A stretch of 63,084 bases of DNA, the filler included, from Kipferlia bialata (Eukaryota): the NCBI GenBank assembly GCA_003568945.1. It is 5 parts of 5 records of this genome, joined end to end, with 100 filler letters (N's around TTAATTAATTAA, not from the genome) between each part and the next. Parts side by side here need not be neighbours in the genome. Positions count along the whole stretch, not along the records: positions 14,919 to 29,736 come from BDIP01000767.1; 4 more parts are not named here. One strand, 5' to 3'. Made by a program: the position numbers and the translations under genes. Every line of letters starts with the position of its first letter. The first letter of the stretch is position 1. Shown in pieces: positions 14,919 to 28,200 of the stretch. A model generated the notes under the pieces. It did not search any database, was not told where the DNA came from, and worked only from the letters and a program-made list of their open reading frames with translations.

Positions 14919-15046
14919 TTAAGACGTCTAGTACGATATTGATTGAGGGTCCAGGAGGAGCAATAGATTTCTTATGTAGTGCTATTTTGTACTTGATTTG
15001 TGACATCCGTAAACCTTGATGATTATACGTCACCTCTTTCACCGCC

Positions 15047-15948
15047 ATGTATCGAAGGCGTGGGACAGGTACAAGAGAGAGAGATCGGGAGAGGCCGAGA
15101 GACTGTGAGAAGAGGGGAGATGCGCCGAGGAAGGATAGGCCGAAGAACCCCCGCAAGGCTATGCTGACCCCTGAGGAGCGGTCCAACCTGATTGACGTAC
15201 TGGACGATGCATACGCTGATCTGGCTGCCGGGCATCTGGAGCCTGTAACCATGGACCACGTGGAGAGGTGGGAGTGTTAGGGGAGGCAGGGGAGGGGTTG
15301 GATAGTGTGCGTGATGATCGGGTAGAGTATGACAAGTGGCTTACCTTCAGGTTTATAGATGCCGCGGGGAGCAACATGCCATTTGGGAAGGTACATCTAG
15401 TACATATGGACTGTATAAGGGCCCTATGTATAGATTCCACTTGGGTAGTGTCCAATCCAATCCAACCCCAATCTCACCTGCTATCCTATACTCCTGGCCC
15501 AAGTACTGTAGTATTCTCTCTCTCTCTCTCTTCTTTCTTTCTCCTCCCTCTCTCATTTCCTCAATCTCTCTTTCTCCTCTCTCTTTCTCTACTGAGTATA
15601 TACTATTCAACTCTCATTCTTGGCCAACATCATCTATCTCCCCTCCCGTCCTCTTCTCCTCCACCCCTGGTTCAGAATCAGTGTCTAATAGATACTCTCT
15701 ATCTATATGATACTGATACTGATACTGACTCTAGGCCAACATCATGCGCAACCACTTTGCCCTGTCCAGCTGTGACGATGCATCAGTGGGGGGATTCATC
15801 ATCAGGTATAAGTATATCTCCTTTTCCCTCCCTCTCTTTCTCTCTCACTCTATTCTTCTTCTAGTATATATATGTATTTATGTGCATACTTGACACTGAT
15901 CATCAGGAACCTCAGTGACAGACACGCGTTCTTCAACAAGGTACACAC

Positions 15949-15986
<38 letters not shown>

Positions 15987-16055
15987 CCCCCCCCGCTCTC
16001 TCCCACTATCACCCTCCCCTACTACCCCACCACCACCACCGCTACTTGGTCTACA

Positions 16056-16090
<35 letters not shown>

Positions 16091-19000
16091 CTCTCTCTGT
16101 CCCTCTCATAGTCTTACCCCAGACTCTCTCTCTTGTTGTATAGAGCATGGGCAGATGTATCATTGTATATATACTACATATAATATATAGGGTATACTAT
16201 TGACATGTATAATATGTGTTCATATACATGTTAACTATCAGAACGGGGTCAGGTCTTGGTTCATGGGCAGATGTATCAATACTCATCTATGTACACTACT
16301 TCTGATGTGTATCTGAATGTATATATAGATAGATGTACTAACCCCTTAGGACTGGCTCCGGTCCTGGTACCATCGTATATATAGTGTATATTATATATGC
16401 ATAATATATATGTATAATGCAAATCCATATCCATGATAACCCCTTAGGACTGGGTGCGTTCCTGGTTCATGGGTCAATACTGATGTCATACTGATGTATA
16501 TATTCATATATAGTATTAGTACACTGACTTTAGGACTGGGTGCGTTCCTGGTTCATGGGTCAGGAGGCACAGGGTGGGAGAGGGGGGCGCCCTAGCTATG
16601 GGAGGGCAGCGGAGAAGGGGTACCCAGGGCCTCTGTTTAGCCTCCTAACCAGGTACTCATATTACATACCCCATTGTGTCGTTATACTCGTTGAGTATAT
16701 CCGAAAGGTGTCCTCACAAGGCCTGTTTAGCCTCCTAATCAGGTGTATATATACCCTTAGCCATACAGAATTAGGTGGAGTTATGTACTCTCTCTCTCCC
16801 TTGTTCTCTTCCTCACCCAGGGCTGTAGAGATGTGTGGTGAGACAGGAGTCGATGTGGATGTCAAGGTAGGGAGTCATTTATACATATACATATGTATAT
16901 GTATTCAAAGAGAGAGACACACACATATATATATATATATATTGTTAGATGTATAGTTGATGACAGGGGTAGATGGGGACGTCAAGGTATGATGACATAT
17001 GTATTGTATATATATAGATATACACACATATAGAGAGGAATTTATATATATGTATATGATATGCACTCATCTCTAGGTCCTCAATGCTGCTGTGGCCCTC
17101 AACCCTATGAATGCTTCTGCTATTCTCATATACTATACACTAGATGGCTAGTATATCCTGTACATAACATACAGGTATTGAATGCTGCTGTGGCCCTCAA
17201 CCCTGGCATAGCCCACCAGGCCAGAGGGGTCATAGAGACACTGGAGGCAGCGGAGACTAGGTGAGGAAGGTGTTCTCTTTCAATATANNNNNNNNNNNNN
17301 NNNNNNNNNNNNNNNNNNNNNNNNNNNNNNNNNNNNNNNNNNNNNNNNNNNNNNNNNNNNNNNNNNNNNNNNNTGAAGAGAGAGGGAAAGAGTCTATGTA
17401 GAGACACTGGAGGCAGCGGAGACTAGGTATAGTGACGGATACATATCAATCACATGTAGAGATAGGGAGGGTGAGAGTACCAGACAAAGTTGAGAACTGT
17501 CTTTTATAGAGAGGGGGATGATGGTGTATATAGAGATACTGGAGGCAGCGGAGACTGGGCAGGGCAATGATATCAATGTATCTATATCTGTATATGGACC
17601 AGAGGCAGAGAGTGCATATATACATACATACATACATACATATATACACATACACTTCCTGATGGCGGTAGAGGATAGGTACAATGTTTGTGGCCCTGTG
17701 CTATATATACACAGTATGAGTCCACAGTGGGACTCCCACTCTCACCCGGCAGCGTATGAAGTATATATGTATATGTATATGTATATGTATATACTCTACT
17801 TCACACATCGTATATGTTGGCTCTCACCCCTCAGGCACAAGCAGCTGGAGACACTCTGGTGTTTGGTTGGTGGTTATTATTCTCCTGAGCACATGGTAGA
17901 GTCTGAGTCTTACCCCCAGGCGCAAGCAGCTGGAGGCAGAAGCAGCGAAGGGGTTGCGTGCTGGAGTCAACGGACCCCTGGGTACATACAGTGGGATACC
18001 CAGGGATCAGTTGGAGATCCTGCCTCCTCCTGAGGTATAGAGTTCGTCTGCTCTTTGAATAGTTATATAGTAACGTATGCTTGCTCCCAGTGGTCTATAT
18101 GTATTATTACTTCACATATGTATCCCACTTTAGATGCCAGGGGAGATTGATTACCCCCCACGTCTCTCACGCCCCCCCCCTCTGTATATTGTTCCATATA
18201 TTGTATATATCACTCACCCCAGGTACTGCGCGGAGAGGCCCCTCCAACCCTGGCCACCCCTGTGTCCACAGCATATGCCTCGACAGACGTCATGCTCAAC
18301 ACACTCACATCCCTGGAGAGAGAGGACTTCAGCATCAAGATCAGGCAGTGCACCACCAAGTTCTTCAAGGGGGAGGTATGCACACAATCTATGCATATAG
18401 ATACATATGCACCCAATTATGTGACTTACCACTAGGTGGTAGACCACCGAGACATGGCCCGCCTAGAGGGCTGTGTGGTGCAGGGTGTAGGGGGGAAGGA
18501 GGCTGACTGGAAGAGAAGCTCTGAGTTCCCACTGAGAGTGGCAGTGCCAAAGCCTGCACGGGCAGCACCAGCCACTATGGGGGTACGGAATGTAGATATA
18601 GTGTACACGTTATTCTCAGATATAGATGTATGTATATATATATATATATATATATGGGTCTTCATGCATGGGTGGTATTTATCCAACTCCGCCCAGTTAC
18701 ATAATATGTGTATATTGCATCTTAGTCATATGTGTAGTCACTATATCATAGTGTCTACGAGTGTACATTACACACTTGCCCCTGTGTTTGTTCTCACCCC
18801 ACGTGTGTATGTATATATATGTGTGTATGTAGATGTATGCATTCTCACCCCAGCACGGCAATATCCTCCTCCTCTCCAGCGATGGCTTCCAGAGCATCAT
18901 CGCTGCCAAGTCCCTGGGTTTCGACGAGACTGCTGAGGAGAGGGCAGCCCGTATAGAGAAGGAGAAGGCTGAGAGGGAGAGAGAGGGCGAGGAAGGGGCT

Positions 19001-22000
19001 CCCAGGGTGAACAAGGCCAAGAGGCACCGCAAGAGGGGGACAGTGTGGGGGAGCACTCTGCTAGTCACCCTGATGCCGGATGTGTATGACACACAGGGTG
19101 CCTCCTTAGAGGCTCTGCTGACACAGCCCTTTGAGATGCTGGCGTTCGGTGATGCCCTGCTGCCTGCATACCTGCCAGTGGTGCGTAACCTCATGACCAG
19201 GTACCGACACTCTCTCTCAGATAGACACATGATGTACTGATATACTCATTACTGGTGACATGTTAACATGGTACTAACCATAGGGAGAGTGAGGACATGC
19301 CCTTTGGGAGTGTCATTGCAGGGTATGACCAGCAGTACCCCAAGCCCAGGTTGGTACCAAGACTCTCCACTACTATCTTTCTCATTGTGCAATACTTGGC
19401 TGGTAGTTCCTTCATTGTCTGTCTCTAAGTTCACTCTACGATCTAGTGTCCTCACCCCAAGCTGGGTTAGAGAGACTATGGATATCAGTTCCCTGTACCA
19501 CCCCAACCATGGCCCTTTGCCCTACAGCACCCGGGTAGGTGTCAGTCTAGAGTCTTAGAATCTTGTAACACGTCAGCACAGTCATACACTCATTCCGTGC
19601 ACTATATCCTCAGGCCCACAGTATTGCTCTTAACGGAGTCCCCATGTGTATACATTCATATATTACTATATATGTGTTATTTATCTTACCCCAGCACCCG
19701 TGGCCTGGTGAGATAGGTGGACCTCCAGTGCCAGATGGTCTCACCTGTGAGCCAGACCCTACCCAGATGAGGGCAATCAGGTATTCAGGCAATTTCAGTT
19801 CTTGTGTACACTTCCCTGGATGAGGGCAATCTACCTGATTCGATAATACCTTTATCGGGAGAGAGAGATATTCTGTGGCAGTCCAGTATTGCTATAATTG
19901 CAATAATTATTATGCATACTTATTAAGTAATTTCCTTATCAGTATAGTATAGTGAAGGGGATAGTAACCAGATGAGGGCAATCAGTAATTGGATAGAGAG
20001 AGACACTCTGTGAAATGCTATTCTGTATGTTCCCCTCCACGTTCTCACCCCTAGGCATGGTCTGAACAATGCAGTGGCCATCATCAGAGGAGGACCTGGC
20101 ACAGGTACATCTAGTTATATACAGTGTATATTGAGGACGATTTGTATTACACATGCATATGTTATCATGCACATGTATACTGCGGTCTTCATCAGCTGGT
20201 ACAGGGACATGTATATATACATGCATGTGTTTTCATGCAAATGTGTTCTTGGATGGGTATGATTCACAGCCAACTGTGTAAGTTAAATCTATATCACCTT
20301 CTCACCTTAGGCAAGAGTTACACTGCTCGCCAGCTGCTTCAGTTCCTGCTCATGGCCTTCAAGTAAGTAGTCTATTTGTGACTCTTGCAGCACCTATGGT
20401 ACAGTATCTTGGTCTTCTCTCTTATCCACAGGAACAGGACCCTGACAGGTCCCATCCTCATTGTCACAGAGACCAACCAAGCGCTTGACACACTCATGGA
20501 GGTATAACTCCCCCATTGTGTCTTTTACTGGCCTAGTACTGATATTGATCGAATACATACCAATTGTCTGTCTGACTTCCAGTCCTGCCTAGCCTTCGCT
20601 GAAGCCAGCGACGTCATTCGCATCGGCGGGTCCTGTGGGTCTGAGAACGAGAAGATCATTGCACGCTGCATCCAGAACTGTCGCTATGAGGTTCGTCTGT
20701 CTCTGTATATATACATTTAGTCATATAAGTGTTATGTTACCTACTGCATAGTACTCACTCCTAGGTGAGCAGGGGTGACGCCGCCATGTATGATTGCCGT
20801 GACAGGGTAGAGAGCCTCTACACCTCTCTCTACAGCCGTGTCCAGCAACTAGTTGTGTTCCAGCCACTTGAGAGAGCCCTGCTTGCACTCCGTCAGAATC
20901 AGGTGGGGATCTGTTGTGTATATGTAGTAGTGGGAAATTGAAGCTATTCACATTGACACATAGTGTGAATGCTATACTTATGGTATGTTTGATCTTGGTA
21001 GCAGCATGCATTCAGTCTAATCCAGATCCGTGCCACTGACATGCCTCTCGCCATGCGCCAGGAGCTCTGTGACCTTGTGCGGCAGCTACTTGGAGACACA
21101 ACCGAGGGGGGGTCGCTCTCTCTCGCCACCTCCTGCCCCATACCCCCTGAGCGCATCAAGCAGGCCAACAACTTCAACGCCAAGCCCAAGAGAGTGCTGC
21201 AGCCCCTTCCCAACGTTGCCTTCCCACACATGAAGACAGTGCAGGAGATGTGGACACAGATCCAGAGGCACTTCATCGCATACAAGGTACTAGGTGGAAT
21301 CCTCATACTCTATGAGTACCAAATGTCACTGCCTCACCACTAGGACTGCGAGCGTGAGATGACCGCCGTGCTGTCTAGGCTGGATGCCAGTCAGGGGTAT
21401 GTATGGCTGTGGCTGACAGGGGACCACGCTCCGATCCTCAACGCTCTAGCAGCTGCCAAGAGGGCATGTGTCGCCCTTACATCCAAGCCCCAGCAGAAGG
21501 CTCCTACGGCCCCAGCAGTCAACCCTTTTGCGGCACTACAGGGCAAGGGTCGTACCCTTACAGAGGCACCGGAAGAGGGGGCTGAGGGGGCTGAGTCTGG
21601 TGCCACCAGCGTGGCCTTGGCTCTGGTTGAGAGTTTCGGTCAGAGTGGTGTTGGGGATGGCTGGAGACGAAACCAAGATAGGGCTGGTGAGACCTACACC
21701 TTGATCAGAGCCGCCTCCAGCACCTGGCGCCTCAACCCTAGTCTAGTGTGGTACGTATACCATATTGTATAGTGTGTGCTCTGGTATCATAAGGCTACTA
21801 TTTGGCTTGCAGGTCATGTTGTCTTACCCTTAGGTCGCACCTAATTGACAAGATGGAGAAGGCCAAGAGATCCAGCGCCGCCTCAGAGAGAGAGAGAGAG
21901 TATGACCCATATGAGGACATGGAGGAGGAGGGTGTGGGCTCCTCTATCCTGAGAGATCTCAAGAAGGTACCCGAGTCCTATATATTGAAATACATATATA

Positions 22001-22221
22001 TACATTACTATGAATGTATGTATGTGCATTATATATACTGTCTGGTACTGTGGCGGCTACAGTGTAGCCTACAGTAGGCGTAGCTGTGTATTCCTTGAAA
22101 TGCTACGCTGATGTTAGTGCACTACTCTATTCTGGTAGTTTACAGTGAGGTCTCCTTTAGAGCCTTATCCTCACCCCCCATACTTCTATACTAGGGTACT
22201 ACGTATTTGCTTTTGGCTGTC

Positions 22222-22254
<33 letters not shown>

Positions 22255-25200
22255 ATTATGACTCCTATCCTCACCCCAGCTCATGTCTGCGTCTGTATCG
22301 CTCAAGGAGTCCAGAGACAGAGGTCTGCTCCGTGGCATCACAGAGCACCGCATAGCCATCATCGGCATGACATCCACCAAGGCTGCAGGTACACACATGT
22401 GATACATGTATATATATGTACATTTCTACACTTGCTATCCCATCAGTGGTAGGAGTATACCATAGACTCTATGTGTATGGTTATATCTGTTATCATCGGC
22501 ATGACACCTACCAAGGCTGCAGGTGCCACACATTCAGTGTTACATATATAAATATGTGATATCACACTACCTATTCCCTGATATCCATCTTTACTATGGA
22601 CAATACGGGTCTATATATGTCCTAATGCCTAGCCCCTCAGACAACATCCAGTTCCTGAGGGTTTCCCTATTGTGATACAATTATAACTACATCTATTAAA
22701 CTATCTTCTATTATTGTAACTTACCGTCACATAAAGTATGGGACAACAGACAGTATATATATGTCCTTGTGTCCTTATGCCTAACCCCTCAGACAACATC
22801 CTTCTTCTCTTGGAGTCTCTTCTATAATAGACTACCATTAATAGTATCATATACTGAATTGCCTCACCCCCCTCAGACAACATCCAGTTCCTGAGGGAGG
22901 CACAGCCCAGTGTCATGGTCGTGGAGGAGGCTGGGGAGCTGAGGGAGAGTCAGCTGCTGGCGTGCATGGCCAAGAGCCTCAAGCATCTCGTGCTCATTGG
23001 GTACGTGTTCTCATATTGATTATCACCTTACCCAATATTCGAGTCCTCCAATACTATATGTATCTCTTTCCTTGTTCAATTGACTCTGTTAACACTAGGG
23101 ATGAGCAGCAACTGAGGCCAAAGGTTGCCCACGAGCTCATCAAGCACCACCACTTCGACAAGTCTCTCTTTGAGCGTCTCACAGAGATGGGCTACCCCAG
23201 GTTAGTTGTTGATTGTCGATCCATTCACATATTGTATCCTATCGCCAATATGCTATGCTCACTCCAGGGTTCAGCTGACCACGCAGCGCCGCATGAGGGG
23301 TGAGATCTGTGGCCTCATCAACTCAGTCTTCGACCAGGGTGCGTCTCTCTCATACAGACTTGAGTATCAATACTACATACCAGTACTAGTATTACTGTAT
23401 GTGTCTTGCTCTTCCTCTGATTGCAGGTCTGGAGACAGGCCACCCAGCAAGCACCATTACAAGCCAGCTCCGGTCCATACCCACCCCTGTCTTCTACTTG
23501 CAGCACATGCACAAGCAGGACAACGAGGGAGAGAACTCAAGGTAAAGGCATCTACCCCTCTACACGCTGATATTGACTACATTACTTCTTTCTGCTGACC
23601 CTAGGTCCTACTGCAATGCCTATGAGGCTGACATGATTGTCAACCTGATCCCAGTGCTCTGTGGCAATGGGTTCAGGCCTGCAGACATCACAGTCATCGC
23701 CATGTACAAGGGTGGGTTCAATGAATACAAATGTTGAGCATCTTGTCTGTAACTCCACAGTATTTCACAGTTTCTGTGTATATATGCTCATATTCCAAGT
23801 TGTGGTTTCATATCTTACCTCCAGGTCAGATGTTCATGATCAGGCGCAAGCTGAAGAAGCTCCACGAGAGGTGAGATAGACGTGCATGAATCTTGGTATC
23901 TCAATGATGTTGCTCACTCTCTAACGTACAGGCTGGCTCTAGTGGAGCTGCAGCAGCCCTCCCAGAAGACCCTTGGTTCTTGTGACCTCCAGACACTCTC
24001 TGAAGTCCGTGTGGTGTGTCTGGACGACTACCAAGGGTAAGACTATCCCGTGATCTTCAACAATGTCTCTCACACTCCATATCTGGGACCTTGCCTGTGA
24101 CGTTTCAAATGTTATCGACGTGATACTTACTCTTTTAATCATGTGTTTCTGACGGTTCAGGCAGGAGAACCAGGTGATTCTGGTCTCTCTTGTGCGTTCA
24201 GACCGTCCAGGCTTTGTCAAGGATAGGAACAGGGCCCTGGTCACTCTCTCCCGTGCCAAGGAGGTGATGGTGGTGCTGGGGTGCAGAGAGGTCTTTGGGG
24301 TGGAGAGGTAAGGAGAGACAGGGGGATTCTAAAGATATGTATACATATACTGGGTATACATGTATATATAGAGCTATAGTATTCATGGATATAATCATTG
24401 TGTGTCATATATATGTCTATCACCACCTTCCTTACCCAGCCGCAGCAAGCACTGGCGCGACACCGCCGAGTACTTCCAGGCTAGACCCTCACCCCTAGTT
24501 GCAACAGGTAGGGTGGTATTTCCATTTTCTCATACGTACAAATGTACACTATCAGTATGGGCAAATTTTGTGATTGAGAATTGAGAATAGTTACAAATTG
24601 TAAAATATTATTACACATTGTAACTTACAATGTGTGATGTTATGTCTATTTGCAAGCGTAGGTAATACATACTATGTATACTGACCCCAGGCCCCGGCCT
24701 CCCCCTCGGCTGTGCTCAACACGGGGCCAGACTAGTCTACAAGAGGCCAGAGCAGCTGGTGCCAGGGTCAGGGTGGGCCATGGGAGGGTGCCAGGTAACG
24801 TGTGTATGCTTCAGTGTCGACACCTCCACGGAAGAGTATTGTATATAGTGTACCTTCTCATCCTCTTCTTCATCTCACTTCAGCATCCATGTGATACCCG
24901 CCTACTTTGTGGTCACCTGTGTACCCTACCCTGTCACGGAGGTACAGGCTTGGTATATATGTATATGTGTGTATATCAGTATATACTATAACTGCTTCTC
25001 TCACACCCAGGTGATCACCGTAGTGAGGCTGGCTTCCGATGCATGGAGACCTGCACCAAGCGCTGTGTCAGAGGCCACAGGTGCACTGCAACGTGCCACC
25101 TGTGCTCTGCAGCCAAGAAGTGCCGCAGTTGCACAGTACTAGTGGACAACACGTAAGTGACTTCCAATATGTATATACATATGCATGAGTGATGGTGTGG

Positions 25201-28200
25201 CTAAATACTCACTCTAGGTTCCCCTGTGGCCACTCTGCCCCCATCCCCTGCCACTCCGTGGATAACGACCCAGTCTGTATGGCTAGATGCGGCCGTACCC
25301 TTCGCACCTGTGGCCATCTGTGCACCCTGCCTTGTGGCCACGAGGTACCCTATACACATTATATATATATGTATAGATAGATACTATATATATGTGCGTA
25401 TATATACATTTACTAGTACAGGGCCTTCTGACTATAGGACACATGTGAGTCCGCCAAGTGCGTCCAGGAGGTCCCCACAACCTGTCCCACCTGTGATCGT
25501 CGCTACAGCCTCCCCTGTGACCTTCTCAGGACCAAGGGACCTGCCTGTGGGTGTACCCACCCCTGCACTGCCAGGCTCAGGTAAATATATATACTTTACA
25601 TTTCTATTTATCCTATACAGACTGTATTAGAAGTGTAAATGGTGTAACCCCAGCTGTGGCCACCCCTGTGTCTCTTCCTGTGGTGCATGCTCTGAGAGGC
25701 GCTCCCACTCTGTCTGTGACATGCCGCATGGACGCCTCCTCAGTACGTACATACATAGTCATACATATACCCTACCCTATACCTTCTCAGTACATGAATA
25801 CATATCGTCACCTGTATGTGATGTGTCGTACTTACCCCAGCCTGTGGGCACTACTGCAGCAAGCCCTGCCAGAGCCACGAGTCCACAGAGTGCTCCTGCG
25901 GCAACACGTGTGACATGGCCTCCTGTTCCCATGGGGTCTGCCCTGCCAAGTGCAGTGACCCTTGCCCAAGCTGCCAGGTGTATAGTTATATACTCTATAT
26001 AATCCATAATATATAGCTTATAGCATAAGTCTAAGAGTATATATCTTATAGTTCCCAATAATACCACGAGTATGTATGACTACGATCCATGCCCAAGCTG
26101 CCAGGTGAGATACTACAATAGTACCATGAGTGTAAAAGACTGCAAGAGATGATACTTCTACAATAATTATTACTTTGATTTTCTCTCTGTATTAGCTAGT
26201 TGAGGTACTCAGAATACCATGAGTATATGCTGACTCTATGACTTCTCACTCTAGGGTCAGTGCACCCTTGGCTGCCGCCACCAGCGGTGTGTGAACCTGT
26301 GCTCCGAGCCATGCAGCTGTAAGCCCTGCAACAAGGCATGTGCGCTCAGACTGGAGTGTGGGTGCTTCTGCAGAGGGTTGTGTGGGGAGGCGTGTCCCCC
26401 GTGTCCAGAGCACGAGGCTGAGGCATACAAGGGACAGGTCCGTAGACCCATATTTGAACTGAATAGTATAGGCGTGGTGTGTATTCTTCTTCTCGCCTCT
26501 TATGTCAGGTCTCCATCATTGACCAGGAGAGCATCAGGGACATCGTCCTGGAGGATAGTCAGGAGAGAGTCTACTACATTCCCAGGTGGGTGGGTCCGAT
26601 TGTTCGGACTAATAGTCTACTTACACCCTTATAGTATCAGTAGTGTATGTCATGTGCTAACACTCAGTATACATTCAATATATATATGTATATGTAATGA
26701 ATACTGTGTATACTTTCCCTCAGTTGTGGCCACCTCTTTCTTGTTGACGAGTGCTTTCACTGTCTCTGTGTATATAGTGTATGATCTATATGTATATCAT
26801 TTGTGTAAGAAGTGCACTAACACTCAGTTGTGGGCACCTCTTCCTTGTTGACGAGATCGACATGTCCCTCAGGGTGTGGTGGGAGGATGTCCAGCGGAGG
26901 GGGCAGCTCAACCCTCGAGTTACTTGCCCAGGTATATTCCAACACATGTATACGCATGGATTACACTGTCTTCCCTACTCACCTTCAGGCGAGTCCTGCC
27001 GCCATGTCCTGACCCTACTCAATGCACCCAGATACAGAGACATCATCAGAGGGGTGGTGGCACGGAACAACAGGTATCTACGCGATATTTCTTCTATCGA
27101 CCGTGTATAAATACATGTGTATATCTCACTCTCAGAGCCAAGTACCATGCAGCCAAGGCCGCCGCTGCAGGGAGAGAGAGAGAGCGTGCCGAGGAGGCAC
27201 AGGCTGTAGAGGCAAGAGAGAACCTGACTCCAGAGGAGTGGGCACAGGTACACTCTAGTGGCATATATATACACTCACTAGTATCGGATGTATGTATTGA
27301 CTAAACGTAGTGCTTTCTATATGAGACTGACACCAGGTGAAGCAGGCACTAACAGAGGAGCAGGCAGGGGGCTATGACCTCAACGGGCGCATCTTTGAGC
27401 ACGGCTGTGGGTACATCTACGTGATTGCAGGTACAGGCTCATACATAGCCGATAGTCAGATTTGAGTGCGACACTATTGGTGTTGTATGTCACGTGCTCA
27501 TACCTAGATATATAAATATAGTATATGTATACATAGTATATATTGGTTTTATAGTATAGACTGATATCTAGACTGCGGAGGTGCCAAGGTCAAGACCAAG
27601 TGCCCTCAGTGTGGGGGCACACTAGGAGGAGAGAACTACCGCCTCGTGGACGGTAACCGTCTGGCCACCGGCATTGAGGGCAATGCCAACATGGCCTGGG
27701 GTGCCATGGAGGATGGTGAGTATCTACAAGATCAACTGATTCTACTCTCACAAACTACTATACTATACTATCTGTCTCACTGTATCTGACTCTAGGGGAG
27801 CGCCTACCAGACTCAGTGACAGACCAACAGAAGAGGGAGCACCAGATACGCCGTGCACAGGCTAGGAGAGAGGCGGAGGAGAAGGAGGTTGCGGAGAGGA
27901 GGCGCAATGCTCTCACAGAGCGGACTAGGTTAGTAGTAGTGTTCATATACTGTACGGTATATGGATGTTGTAGTCAGTCTTTCTCTCTGGTCTTACAGGT
28001 CAGGGCTGAGCTATAGAGGAAGGCCGCTGTACTTCAGCGCCGACTTGCAGAGACACGTGGTGTTGGCAGGAGGGATGAGAGGGAGAGAGACGTCACACGT
28101 GACGAGTTTGCTCTTGCCAATGCTGGCAACGGAGAGGAGGAGGGGTATCACGCCTATCAGGTATAGTCCATATATATATATCACCTGAATAGTTTCTTAT

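Noticed and set aside
28014..28016. TAG=Gln alternative genetic code as in hexamitid diplomonads
   Set aside because: Other genes here end in TAA or TAG (29155, 34302, 38597, 61798), and long exons show no in-frame TAR codons.
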